Shown: positions 47,579 through 56,832 of the stretch, piece after piece
Layout of the letters: every line of letters starts with the position of its first letter
How positions within the stretch are numbered: the first letter of the stretch is position 1
NCBI GenBank assembly: GCA_963775425.1
Contig: CAVZJB010000011.1
Span: 32,001-96,000 of the forward strand
Length of the DNA: 64,000 nucleotides
Direction of reading: 5' to 3'
Source: an uncultured delta proteobacterium
Lineage (GTDB): Bacteria > Myxococcota > UBA727 > VGSZ01
Notes under the pieces: model-generated
Databases searched by the model: none
The model's input: only the letters and a program-made list of their open reading frames with translations
What the model was told of the DNA's origin: nothing
Program-made: the position numbers and the translations under genes

Positions 47579-49144
47579 ATGACCAAGAACATCAATTCCG
47601 GTCACAAGCCGCACCACACGCCGCACGCCAACAAGCACATCGGCATGCACAAGGCGCAGACGGCGGCGGCGGCGTCGAGCGTCCGCAAGGTGACCGCCAA
47701 GCACGGCGCCAAGACCGTCGCCAAGCCCAAGCCGAGGTCCACGCCCAAGGCCAAGCCGACGCCGAAGGCCAAGCCCAACAAGCACAGCCACGCATCCAAG
47801 CTGCGGCACCAGCGCGAGGAGATGCTCGCGGAGAACGCGCTCGAGGACGCCATCCAGGAGGACATCGAGGACGCCATGCACCTGGCGCACCTCGCGGCGC
47901 ACGGTCACCACATCGAGGTGGAGCTCGAGGAAGAAGAGGAGATCGAGGCCAAGGAGGAGGTGCACGACACCGGCGCCAGCAGCGCCGACGCGGTCAAGCG
48001 CAGCCAGGGTGAGTCCGAGGGCGACGGCTTCGGCGGCCAGGACCGCGGGCGCGAGGCCTACGAGCGCTATCTCCGTGGAAACGTCAGCGCAGACGCAGAG
48101 CGCTTCGATGAGCTGCGCAGGAAGGGCACGCGCGACGACTTCAACCCGGAGCGCACGCCGCTCGAGGTGGAGGCGCTGGGCACGCAGCGTGCGAGCGCCC
48201 ACCTGGTGCGGCTCGTGGAGACGTGGATGCTCGCGGGCATCACGCACGACGAGGCCCTCGATAGAGCGGCCCACTTCATCGCCGGCTTCGCGGGCGTGCA
48301 GAACATCCGCAAGGTGCTCGCCGAGCTCGAGTCCAAGCCCATCCGCGATGTCTACCCGCTCGAGGTGATCATGAGGCTCCTCGACGAGCGGCCCGAGATC
48401 CTGCCGGGGGTGCGGAGCGGCTCGGTGATCGGCAACCTCGCAGAGGTGGTCGCGGGCAAGAAGGTGCTCGCCGGCTATCCCGTCACGCTCACGGTGCCCG
48501 GCGACGTGCGCATCAAGGCCTTCGCCCTCCTCGGCGGCGGCCGCCCCGGCTACGAGTTCCACCCGCACAGGGACGAGGGGAAGTACCAACTGCTCGTCGA
48601 CACACCGGGGACGTGGACCATGGCGCTGCTCGCAGCGCCGTTGAAGGACCTCGGGCGCATCAAGCGGGAGTCCACCGAGGCGATCCTCGAGACGTTCACC
48701 TTCGATGTCTACGCCATGGGAAAGAAGGGCGAGCCGCTCACCGCCGACGAGTGGCGCGCGCTCGTTGAAAACGACGACGAGGACCTGATCGACGACGACG
48801 AGGACGACGGCGACGCCGTCGACGAAGCGCCCGTCGCGCTCGCGCCCAACCTGCCGGTGCAGATTCGACGGCAGCTCGCTCTCATCCAGCGCGACGAGCT
48901 GAGCGACACCGGCGGCGCCGTGCCGACGACGTACTCGTGGGATGCGAGCTTCTACAAACCGGGCGCGCCCATGGACGGCGAGCCCATCCTCCACCTCGTC
49001 GTGGAGCACGCGGGTCCCTTCGATCCGGCGTGGATGAAGGCCCGCGAGGCCCTCGCGCACAAGCAGAAGGAGTACGAGCCCGGCCGGGCCCTCGTCACCC
49101 CCGAGGACTTCACGTCGGCGCTGCGCCAGGCGCGCGTGCGCTGA
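47579..49144 (+). CDS. Hypothetical protein with His/Lys-rich histone-like N-terminus and acidic segments
   Basis: 521 aa ORF with strong GC3 bias; no recognised domain. Confidence 0.7.
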   Translation: MTKNINSGHKPHHTPHANKHIGMHKAQTAAAASSVRKVTAKHGAKTVAKPKPRSTPKAKPTPKAKPNKHSHASKLRHQREEMLAENALEDAIQEDIEDAMHLAHLAAHGHHIEVELEEEEEIEAKEEVHDTGASSADAVKRSQGESEGDGFGGQDRGREAYERYLRGNVSADAERFDELRRKGTRDDFNPERTPLEVEALGTQRASAHLVRLVETWMLAGITHDEALDRAAHFIAGFAGVQNIRKVLAELESKPIRDVYPLEVIMRLLDERPEILPGVRSGSVIGNLAEVVAGKKVLAGYPVTLTVPGDVRIKAFALLGGGRPGYEFHPHRDEGKYQLLVDTPGTWTMALLAAPLKDLGRIKRESTEAILETFTFDVYAMGKKGEPLTADEWRALVENDDEDLIDDDEDDGDAVDEAPVALAPNLPVQIRRQLALIQRDELSDTGGAVPTTYSWDASFYKPGAPMDGEPILHLVVEHAGPFDPAWMKAREALAHKQKEYEPGRALVTPEDFTSALRQARVR

Positions 49145-49222
49145 AAGGCTGACGAAGAATGAGGCTCGTAGCAGCACTCGGCGAAGCCGCCCACAAGGTG
49201 GCTCGCCGCGCGGAGTACGTGG

Positions 49223-49349
49223 CGAGGCACGTCGGCGCGCAAGAACCGCTGCAGGTTGTGAGGAAACGGCGGGTCCGAGCGGTGTTGTGATCCCGCTATC
49301 AGCGCGCGTGGCGGGTTCGTGCGGGTCGTGTGCGCGCCGACGTGCCTCG
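49223..49349. repeat. Perfect 19-bp inverted repeat
   Basis: cgaggcacgtcggcgcgca (49223-49241) and tgcgcgccgacgtgcctcg (49331-49349). Confidence 0.9.
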
Positions 49350-49520
49350 ATGCGACGTCGGCGCGGACTTCAGGCGGTGAGCTTCGCGAGGTTGTGCAGC
49401 AGGTTGAAGGCCACGGCTGCCATCAGGGCGACCGTCGTCACCTTCGCTAGCCCCCGTACGTAGAGCGTGTCGACGCCAAGCTGGGCCTCTTCAGCTTGGG
49501 CGCTCGGAAAATCAGCGAAG
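49252..49520 (-). mobile_element. IS1182/IS5-like transposase C-terminal remnant with probable terminal sequence
   Basis: Minus strand ...LGVDTLYVRGLAKVTTVALMAAVAFNLLHNLAKLTA* (stop at 49370) resembles the DDE_Tnp_1_6 tail; caggttgtgaggaaac at 49252-49267 resembles an IS end. Confidence 0.6.
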
Positions 49521-49751
49521 GCTAGACAACGTCGCCACCGCCGGAGCTCCTTTCCGCTCCACCGTGTGGCCGTAGCACCGTCCCTTCCGGGTGGCTCGGA
49601 TCAACGGTCCATCGGGCCAGCCCTCGCGGCGCGCGCTGCCGTCGCCTGCTCGGCTTGCGCCGTGGCGCCCGTCTCTGTGCCATCCGGCACCGCGGGGGTG
49701 CGGAAGCGCGCACGGGTGGGCCGGTGCGCGCGGCCCGGGGCGGCTGTCGGC

Positions 49752-49767
49752 CGGCACGGTTTCGGCA
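49752..49767 (+). promoter_or_regulatory. Possible sigma54 promoter for the MscS-trehalose operon
   Basis: CGGCACGGTTTCGGCA (GG-N10-GC) just upstream of the GTG start. Confidence 0.3.
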
Positions 49768-49779
49768 AGACAGGGCGGC

Positions 49780-51165
49780 GTGGAAGCGCTCGGCACGTTC
49801 CTCCTCGCATGGTTGCCTGCGGCGCTGCTCGTCGTCGCCGGCACGGCGCTCGGCTTCTGGCTGCGGCGTTGGCTGCGCGGCCGGTTGACGAGGTGGGCCA
49901 AGCGCACGCCGTGGCGCTTCGACGAGGTGCTGGTGTCGGCGATGCGCTGGCCGCTCCCGATGCTCGCGCTGCTCGTCGGCCTCGAAGCGGGCCTGCGGCT
50001 CGCGCCGTTGACGGCGGCGCACCGCGAGGTGGTCCACCGCGCGGCGGTGCCGCTGTTCGTCATCGTCGTCACGTGGATGGTCGCCGACGGCGCACAAGGG
50101 CTCATCAAGGCCTACGCAAAGCGCATCGAGGACGGTCCGCGCATCGCGCCGCTCGTGCAGCAGATCGTGCTCGTGGTCATCGCCGGCACCGGCTGCCTCT
50201 ATCTCCTGCCCGCGCTCGGCGTCTCCCCCACGCCCATCCTCGTCGTCGTCGGCGTCGCCGCGGGCGTCGGTGCGCTCGCGGTGCGCAACGTCCTGCCCGA
50301 CCTCTTCGCGGGGATCGGCCTCGCCACCGGCGTCGCCATCCGCCGCGGCGATCGCATCCGCGTCGGCGGCGTCGAGGGCGTGGTCACCCAGATCGGCTGG
50401 CGCACCACCACGCTGCGCTCCGAGCGCGGCGACATCACCATCATCCCCAACAACCGCATCATCGTCGCCACGGTGGTGAAGAGGATGACCGGGAGCAAGA
50501 TCGACGGCGAGCTCATCGCGCCGCGGGCGCTGGAGCTCAAGACGCGCTTCACGCTCCCCGAGCTCACCGGGCGCCGCGCGCATGACTTGCGCGAGCTCGC
50601 CGACGAGCTCGAGCGCGCGTCGCTCGCCTGCATCCACCAGCACAGCCTGGTCTTCGTGAGCGAGCACGACTACCTCGCGCCGTCGCCCGTCAGCGACTTC
50701 GCGCGCTTCGTCGGCGACGTCCTGCGCCAGCCGGTGCTGCGCGAGCGGCTCGACGCGCTCGACCCGTGCGCGCTCGGCTCGCTCGAGGAGTATCGCGGGC
50801 GACTCGTCGCGCTGTGCCGCGAATACCTCGAAGCCTACGGCGACGGCGCGCCGGCGCCCGAGGGAGAGGAGCTCTTCCTCAAGCAGTCGCGCGTGTTCGT
50901 GTTGTCCACCGGCCTCGTCGCGCACAACCTGCGAGAGCTCGCGGAGGCGCTGCGCACGGTCCCGCCGGAGACACTCATGCTGCACCTCTTCGAGGCGCGC
51001 CTCGGCATGGGGATGCCGGCGGACAATCTCTCCAAGTGGATCGAGGACAGCTACGGCGACAAGGAGCTCGCCGGCGCCATCGCCGCCCTGGATCCGTACA
51101 CGAGCACGGCCGAGGCACTGCGCAACGCCGCCATCGCGCTGCTCGAGGAGCGGATGCGCGTATGA
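49780..51165 (+). CDS. MscS mechanosensitive-channel domain fused to DUF5752 (OrfY-like)
   Basis: TM helices, GDRIRV..VEG.V.QIGWR.T.L...ITIIPN; C-terminal TG.RA.DLREL, SDFA.FV, A.NLREL.EAL..V....L..H.FEARL, DN.S.WI, LDPY. Confidence 0.8.
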   Translation: MEALGTFLLAWLPAALLVVAGTALGFWLRRWLRGRLTRWAKRTPWRFDEVLVSAMRWPLPMLALLVGLEAGLRLAPLTAAHREVVHRAAVPLFVIVVTWMVADGAQGLIKAYAKRIEDGPRIAPLVQQIVLVVIAGTGCLYLLPALGVSPTPILVVVGVAAGVGALAVRNVLPDLFAGIGLATGVAIRRGDRIRVGGVEGVVTQIGWRTTTLRSERGDITIIPNNRIIVATVVKRMTGSKIDGELIAPRALELKTRFTLPELTGRRAHDLRELADELERASLACIHQHSLVFVSEHDYLAPSPVSDFARFVGDVLRQPVLRERLDALDPCALGSLEEYRGRLVALCREYLEAYGDGAPAPEGEELFLKQSRVFVLSTGLVAHNLRELAEALRTVPPETLMLHLFEARLGMGMPADNLSKWIEDSYGDKELAGAIAALDPYTSTAEALRNAAIALLEERMRV

Positions 51166-52427
51166 GCAGGAACCTCGACAAATACATCCCCATCGTCGGC
51201 GCCTCCGCCATCGCGGAGCTGCGCGCGCTCGCGGCTCACCTCGAGGGCGTGCGTGTGCAGCACGTGAACTCGACCCGCATCGGCGGTGGCGTCGCGGAGA
51301 TCCTCGCGCGCATGGTGCCGCTCCTCGAGGAGCTCGGCCTCGACGTTCGCTGGGACGTCATCGGCGGCAACCCGCGCTTCTTCGACGTCACCAAGAAGCT
51401 CCACAACGCGCTGCACGGGCGCGGCGACGACCTCGACGACGGCGACATCGAGGTGTACGAGGAGACGGCGCGGGAGGAAGCGAAGAAGCTCCAGCCGAAC
51501 GGAGACATCGTCTTCGTCCACGACCCGCAGCCCATGTGGCTCGCGCGCGACAAGAGCGAGCAGCGCCGCTTCCTTTGGCGTTGCCACGTCGACGTCTCGC
51601 ACCCGCGCCCGCGCGCGTGGCAACTGTTGGCGGACCTCGCGCCGCTGTACGACGCGGCCGTCTTCTCGGCGCCGCAGTTCGCGCGGGAGCTCAGCATCCC
51701 GCAGTTCCAGATCACGCCGTCGATCGATCCGCTGAGCCTCAAGAACAAGGAGCTGCCGGACGAGACCATCGCGCACATCCTCGACAAGCACGGGATCGTT
51801 CGCGACCGTCCGATCGTCACGCAGATCTCGCGCTTCGATCGCCTCAAGGATCCCGTGGGCGTGCTCACCGCATTTCGCATGGTGCGAAAGACCATGCGTT
51901 GCCAGCTCGTGCTCGCCGGCGGCGGTGCCAGCGACGACCCGGAGGGCGCCGCCGTGCTCGCCGAGGTCCGCGAGCGCGCGGGCGACGATCCCGATGTGCA
52001 CGTGCTGCTCCTGCCGCCCAACGCCGACGTCGAGATCAATGCGCTGCAACGCGCGTCCGACGTCGTCGTGCAAAAGTCGCTCGCCGAGGGCTTCGGCCTC
52101 ACCGTCAGCGAGGCCTTGTGGAAGGGGCGGCCCGTCGTCGCCTCCGCCGTGGGCGGAATTCCGCTGCAGGTGGAGCACGGCACGACAGGTCTGCTCGTCC
52201 ACACGGTCGAGGGGACCGCGCATGCCATTCGCGAGCTGCTGAACAACGCCGCGTTCGCACGCTGGCTCGGCGACAACGGACGCGAGCACGTGCGCCGGCG
52301 CTTCTTGCTGACGCGCCACATCGCCGACTATCTTCTGCTCTTCCTGAGCGCCGGCGAAACGCGCACCGTCGTCGACCTCGATCGTCCGCGGCCGCTCCCT
52401 GTCATCGCTGCGCCGCCGCGCGCGTGA
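51162..52427 (+). CDS. treT: Trehalose glycosyltransferring synthase (GT4)
   Basis: HVNST..GGGVAEIL, VTKKLHNALHG, VHDPQP, WRCH.D, ISRFD.LKDP.GV, QKS..EGFGLTVSEALWK. Confidence 0.9.
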   Translation: MSRNLDKYIPIVGASAIAELRALAAHLEGVRVQHVNSTRIGGGVAEILARMVPLLEELGLDVRWDVIGGNPRFFDVTKKLHNALHGRGDDLDDGDIEVYEETAREEAKKLQPNGDIVFVHDPQPMWLARDKSEQRRFLWRCHVDVSHPRPRAWQLLADLAPLYDAAVFSAPQFARELSIPQFQITPSIDPLSLKNKELPDETIAHILDKHGIVRDRPIVTQISRFDRLKDPVGVLTAFRMVRKTMRCQLVLAGGGASDDPEGAAVLAEVRERAGDDPDVHVLLLPPNADVEINALQRASDVVVQKSLAEGFGLTVSEALWKGRPVVASAVGGIPLQVEHGTTGLLVHTVEGTAHAIRELLNNAAFARWLGDNGREHVRRRFLLTRHIADYLLLFLSAGETRTVVDLDRPRPLPVIAAPPRA

Positions 52428-52477
52428 CCCCGACGTGTTGCGTTCTTCGCCGCGTTGCTGAATGAACGTGGTCCGTC

Positions 52478-54676
52478 ATGAAGCGTCTGCTGATCGTGTC
52501 CAACCGACTCCCCGTCACCGTCACGACCACGGACGGCAAGGCGGAGGTCAAGCAGAGCGCGGGCGGGCTCGCCACCGGACTGCGCGGCCCGCACGAGGCC
52601 TCCGGCGGCCTCTGGATCGGTTGGCCGGGCGACATGGACAAGCTCGATGACGAGCAGCGCGCCGCCGTCGCCCGCGAGCTCGCGCGCCTCCGCGCGGTGC
52701 CGGTGCCCATCGATCAGGAGGAGATCGAGGGCTACTACACCGGCCTCGCCAACGGCGTGCTCTGGCCGTTGTTCCACTACCTCATCGACCGCATCCCGTA
52801 TCAGCAGCGCGAGTGGGAGACGTACCAGGCGATCAACCAACGCTTCGCCAACGCGGTCGCGGCGGAGTACCAACCCGGCGACCTCGTCTGGGTCCACGAC
52901 TACCAACTGATGCTCGTGCCCGCGATGATTCGCGCGCAGATCCCCGATGCGCGCATCGGGTTCTTCCTCCACATCCCGTTCCCGGCCTCGGAGGTGTTTC
53001 GCCTCCTGCCGTGGCGGGAGGAGATCCTGCGCGGCATCCTCGGCGCGGACGTCGTCGGCTTTCACACATTTTCGTACCTCCGCCAGTTCATCAACACGCT
53101 CATCCACTCGCTCGGCCTCATGCCCACCGCGGACAGCGTCAGCGTCGACGGGCGCGACGTGAAGCTCGGCGTCTATCCCATGGGCATCGACGCGCAGGCG
53201 TTCGACAAGCGCGGCAAGAGCGAGGCGGTGCAGGAGGAGGCGGCGCGGCTGCGTGTGGAGATCGGCGACGCCAAGCTCCTGCTCGGCGTCGATCGCCTCG
53301 ATTACACCAAAGGCATCCCGCGCCGGCTCCTCGCCATCGAGCGGCTCCTCGAGCGAGAGCCCGAGCTGCGCGGGAAGGTGCGCTTCGTTCAGGTGGCGGT
53401 GCCGTCGCGCGAGAACGTCCCGTCATACGAGACGTTCACCGCCGAGGTGCTCCAGCTCGTGGGGCGCATCAACGGCCGCTTCTCCACGCCCACGTCGGTG
53501 CCCATCCACTTCCTGCACCAGGGCTTCGCGCAGAAGGACCTCGCCGCGTTCTACGTCGCGGCGGACGCCATGCTGGTCACGCCGCTGCGCGACGGCATGA
53601 ACCTCGTGGCCAAGGAGTTCGTCGCCAGCCGCCACGACGGCGACGGCGTCCTCGTGCTGAGCGAGTTCGCGGGCGCGGCGTCGGAGATGGGCGAGGCGCT
53701 CCTCGTCAACCCGTACGACATCGAAGGCACGGCGAGCACCATCGCCCGGGGGCTCCAGATGAAGCCCAACGCGCGGCGGGTGCGCATGCGGGCGTTGCGC
53801 GAGCGCATCTTCGCGTACGACGTGCACCGCTGGGCCAACGAGTTCATCGAAGACCTCGAGCGGAGCGCGGCGGAGCAGACCACGGCCACCGCGCGGCCGC
53901 CGTCGGAGCTGCCGCAGATGGTGGCGCAGGCCTCGCGCGTGCTCCTGCTGCTCGATTGGGACGGGACGCTCTTGCCCTTCGCCCTGCGCCCCGAATTCGC
54001 GGAGCCCGACAGCGAGATCCTCGAGCTGCTCTCCGCGTTGGACGCGGACCCACGCATCTCCGTTCACGTCGTCAGCGGCGTGCAGCGCGACCAGCTCGAG
54101 GAGTGGCTCGGCGGGTTGCACATCGGGCTGCACGCGGAGCACGGGCTGTGGTCGCGGCACCGCGGCGGCCGCTGGCACCAGAACATGCACGTGGACGTCG
54201 AGTGGAAGGACGCCGTGCGGCCGCTGCTGCGCGACTTCTCCATGCGTACGCCGGGCTCCCTCGTCGAGGAGAAGACGGCGTCGTTGGCATTTCACTACCG
54301 CATGGCCGACGTCGAGTACGGCGAGTGGCAAGCGCGTGAGCTCAAGCTGCACCTCGCGCACGTCCTCAGCAACATGGCCGTCGAGATCATCTCGGGCAAC
54401 CGCGTCGTCGAGGTGCAACCCCACGGCTTGAACAAGGGCGTGGTGGTTCCCGGGCTCCTCGCGGAGGCGCCGGGCGCGCTCGTGGTCGCCGCCGGCGACG
54501 ACGACACCGACGAGGCGCTCTTTCGCGTTCTGCCGCCCGAGGCCATCTCCATCTGCGTCGGGCGGCGCCCATCCGCGGCGCGCTTCTCCATTCCTTCGGT
54601 CGCGTCACTGCGCAACTTGCTGCGCGCCATCGCTCAGGAAAACGTTCACTTCACCTCGACGCACGACACCCGATAG
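52478..54676 (+). CDS. otsA: Bifunctional trehalose-6-phosphate synthase/phosphatase (OtsA-OtsB fusion)
   Basis: VSNRLP, GGLA, VHDYQL, FLHIPFP, DRLDYTKGI, RDGMNLVAKE; HAD DWDGTL and GDDDTDE. Confidence 0.95.
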   Translation: MKRLLIVSNRLPVTVTTTDGKAEVKQSAGGLATGLRGPHEASGGLWIGWPGDMDKLDDEQRAAVARELARLRAVPVPIDQEEIEGYYTGLANGVLWPLFHYLIDRIPYQQREWETYQAINQRFANAVAAEYQPGDLVWVHDYQLMLVPAMIRAQIPDARIGFFLHIPFPASEVFRLLPWREEILRGILGADVVGFHTFSYLRQFINTLIHSLGLMPTADSVSVDGRDVKLGVYPMGIDAQAFDKRGKSEAVQEEAARLRVEIGDAKLLLGVDRLDYTKGIPRRLLAIERLLEREPELRGKVRFVQVAVPSRENVPSYETFTAEVLQLVGRINGRFSTPTSVPIHFLHQGFAQKDLAAFYVAADAMLVTPLRDGMNLVAKEFVASRHDGDGVLVLSEFAGAASEMGEALLVNPYDIEGTASTIARGLQMKPNARRVRMRALRERIFAYDVHRWANEFIEDLERSAAEQTTATARPPSELPQMVAQASRVLLLLDWDGTLLPFALRPEFAEPDSEILELLSALDADPRISVHVVSGVQRDQLEEWLGGLHIGLHAEHGLWSRHRGGRWHQNMHVDVEWKDAVRPLLRDFSMRTPGSLVEEKTASLAFHYRMADVEYGEWQARELKLHLAHVLSNMAVEIISGNRVVEVQPHGLNKGVVVPGLLAEAPGALVVAAGDDDTDEALFRVLPPEAISICVGRRPSAARFSIPSVASLRNLLRAIAQENVHFTSTHDTR

Positions 54677-54852
54677 CGCTCGGGCTCGTGCAGGAACGCG
54701 CGCTCGCACTGCGCGCTGCAGAAGAAGTAGGTCTCTCCCTCGTACGACGTCGACGCCGTGGCCTCGTCGCGCGCAAGCTCCTTGCCGCAGACCGGATCGA
54801 TCTCGACCTGCTCGTCGTTGCGGGGGATCGGCTCGGTTGTCTCGTTCATCAT
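54646..54852 (-). CDS. YHS domain protein
   Basis: DPVCG...YEGETYFFCS..C...F..EPERY; RBS aggagg. Confidence 0.85.
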   Translation of the reverse strand: MMNETTEPIPRNDEQVEIDPVCGKELARDEATASTSYEGETYFFCSAQCERAFLHEPERYRVSCVEVK

Positions 54853-54881
54853 CGCTTCCTCCTGTGTGTCGTCCGTCGGGG

Positions 54882-56591
54882 CTACCTGAGATAGGGCTCG
54901 ACGGCGTAGCGGAGCATCATGCGGTGGCTGTTGAAGTACGCGCCGTTCTTGCCGATGGCGCCCTTCATCAGCGCGGTCCAGGCGGCGCCGCCGGCCTTCC
55001 ACGCGGGGACCACCGCGCGCTCGAGCTTTTCGTAGAGCGAGCCGGCGTCGCTGCCGTTGCCGCTCTCGGCGACGCCGCCGACGGCCCAGCCCGTGAGGCC
55101 CTCGATGCAGCCTTCAATCCACCAGCCGTCGAGGACGCTCAGGCTCGGGACGCCGTTGAGCGCCGCCTTCATGCCGCTCGTGCCGGACGCTTCGTAGGGG
55201 CGCTGCGGCGTGTTCAGCCAGACGTCGACGCCGCTCACCAACGCGCGGGCGAGGTCCATGTCGTAGTTGGGGAGAAAGACCACCGGCACCACGTCGCGCA
55301 GCGCGCGCGCGATCTCGTGCAGCCGCGCGATGAGGTCCTTGCCTGCGTGGTCGCGGGGGTGTGCCTTTCCCGCCATGAGGATTTGCAGCGGCTGGTCGCG
55401 CGCGATGCGCGTGAGGCGGTCGATGTCGGAGAAGAGCAGGTCGGGCCGCTTGTACGCGGTCATGCGGCGCGCGAAGCCGAGCGTCATCGCGGACGGGCTG
55501 AGGCGAACGCCGCTGCGCTGGGCGACGACGTCGAGGAGCTGGGCCTTGGCGACGCCGTGCGCCTCGAGCAGCAGCTCGTCCCGGATCTGGTCGACGCGCA
55601 CGAGCTTCGCCGGATCGTGGCACCACCCGGGGATCGCGTTGTCGAGGAGCCGGGCGAGAGCCGAGTGTGTCCACGTGTGCGGGTGGACGCCGTTGGTGAT
55701 GGCCGCGAAGCGATAGCCCGGGAACATCCGCCGCGACACCTCCGCGTGCTTCTCGGCGACGCCGTTGACGTATTCGCTCGCGTTGAGGGCGAGCCGCGTC
55801 ATGTTGAGCTTGTCGTCGCCGCCGAGCCTCTTCAGCTCGTCGATGTCGAGCTCGCTGCCGAGGGCGTTTTCGACGAGCTCGTAGCGGAAGACGTCGTGGC
55901 CGGCGTCGACCGGCGTGTGCGTGGTGAAGATGCAGAGGTTGCGCACGCGCGGCAGATCCCAGCGCGGCTCTCCTGGCTTGACGTCCTCCGGCGCGTACGC
56001 CGCGCGGCGGATGAGCTCCACGGCGAGCAGGGCCGAGTGCCCCTCGTTCATGTGGAACTTGCGGATGGTGAACCCGAGCGCCTGCAGCATGCGGACGCCG
56101 CCGACGCCGAGGACAATCTCCTGCTTGAGGCGATAGACCTCGTCGCCGCCGTAGAGCGAGCGCGTGATGCCGCGGTCGTCGGAGGCGTTTTCGGGTTGAT
56201 CCGTGTCGAGCAGGACGACGGGGATGACGCCGCCGCGCTCGGCGCGCACGAGGTAGAGCCACGCACCAATCCACACGTCGTGACCGGCGATGGTCACGGA
56301 GACCTTGGCCGGCAGCTCCTCGGCTGAGCGCGCGGGCTCCCAGGGGTCCGGCGCCTCCCCTTGTCGCCCCGCGTCGTCGATGGTCTGGCGCAGGTAGCCC
56401 CCACGGCTGACCAACGTCACCGCGACGAGCGGGAGCTCGAGGTCGGCGGCGGTGCGGAGGGTGTCGCCGGCCAGCACCCCGAGGCCGCCCGCATAGGTCG
56501 GGATGTCGCTTTGGAGCGCGATCTCCATACTGAAGTAGGCGATGCGCGACTCGCGCGTCAGCTCATCGAGGGTGGGCTTTGTGATGGGCAC
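54882..56591 (-). CDS. glgP: Alpha-glucan (glycogen) phosphorylase, short form
   Basis: [48 protein letters not shown]. Confidence 0.92.
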   Translation of the reverse strand: MPITKPTLDELTRESRIAYFSMEIALQSDIPTYAGGLGVLAGDTLRTAADLELPLVAVTLVSRGGYLRQTIDDAGRQGEAPDPWEPARSAEELPAKVSVTIAGHDVWIGAWLYLVRAERGGVIPVVLLDTDQPENASDDRGITRSLYGGDEVYRLKQEIVLGVGGVRMLQALGFTIRKFHMNEGHSALLAVELIRRAAYAPEDVKPGEPRWDLPRVRNLCIFTTHTPVDAGHDVFRYELVENALGSELDIDELKRLGGDDKLNMTRLALNASEYVNGVAEKHAEVSRRMFPGYRFAAITNGVHPHTWTHSALARLLDNAIPGWCHDPAKLVRVDQIRDELLLEAHGVAKAQLLDVVAQRSGVRLSPSAMTLGFARRMTAYKRPDLLFSDIDRLTRIARDQPLQILMAGKAHPRDHAGKDLIARLHEIARALRDVVPVVFLPNYDMDLARALVSGVDVWLNTPQRPYEASGTSGMKAALNGVPSLSVLDGWWIEGCIEGLTGWAVGGVAESGNGSDAGSLYEKLERAVVPAWKAGGAAWTALMKGAIGKNGAYFNSHRMMLRYAVEPYLR

Positions 56592-56803
56592 GAGCCCGCG
56601 GATCCCACTTCCGTGCCAGGGCCCCGCCGGCAGCGCGCCGAGGCCGAGCCCGCGGCAAAGCTCGTCGCCGGCGGGGACAACAAGGCGCTCGCCGCAGCTC
56701 GCGCCCCGACGCGCGGACCCGCGCGTGCCGCGGCACACACGGCGTGCGCCGGATGGCCCTGCGCGGCGCGCGGCATGCGCGCCTCTCCGCGGCCGGGCGA
56801 GGG

Positions 56804-56819
56804 TGGCAGGGGCGGTGCA
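56804..56819 (+). promoter_or_regulatory. Possible sigma54 promoter for the ftsH operon
   Basis: TGGCAGGGGCGGTGCA (GG-N10-GC). Confidence 0.35.
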
Positions 56820-56832
56820 ACGGCCGCGGGGG

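Noticed and set aside
54646-54676. 31-bp convergent overlap of the otsA-otsB fusion and the YHS gene
   Set aside because: Short 3' overlaps are common in compact GC-rich genomes
56603-56618. Sigma54-like TGGCACGGAAGTGGGA upstream of glgP on the minus strand
   Set aside because: The -12 GC is absent
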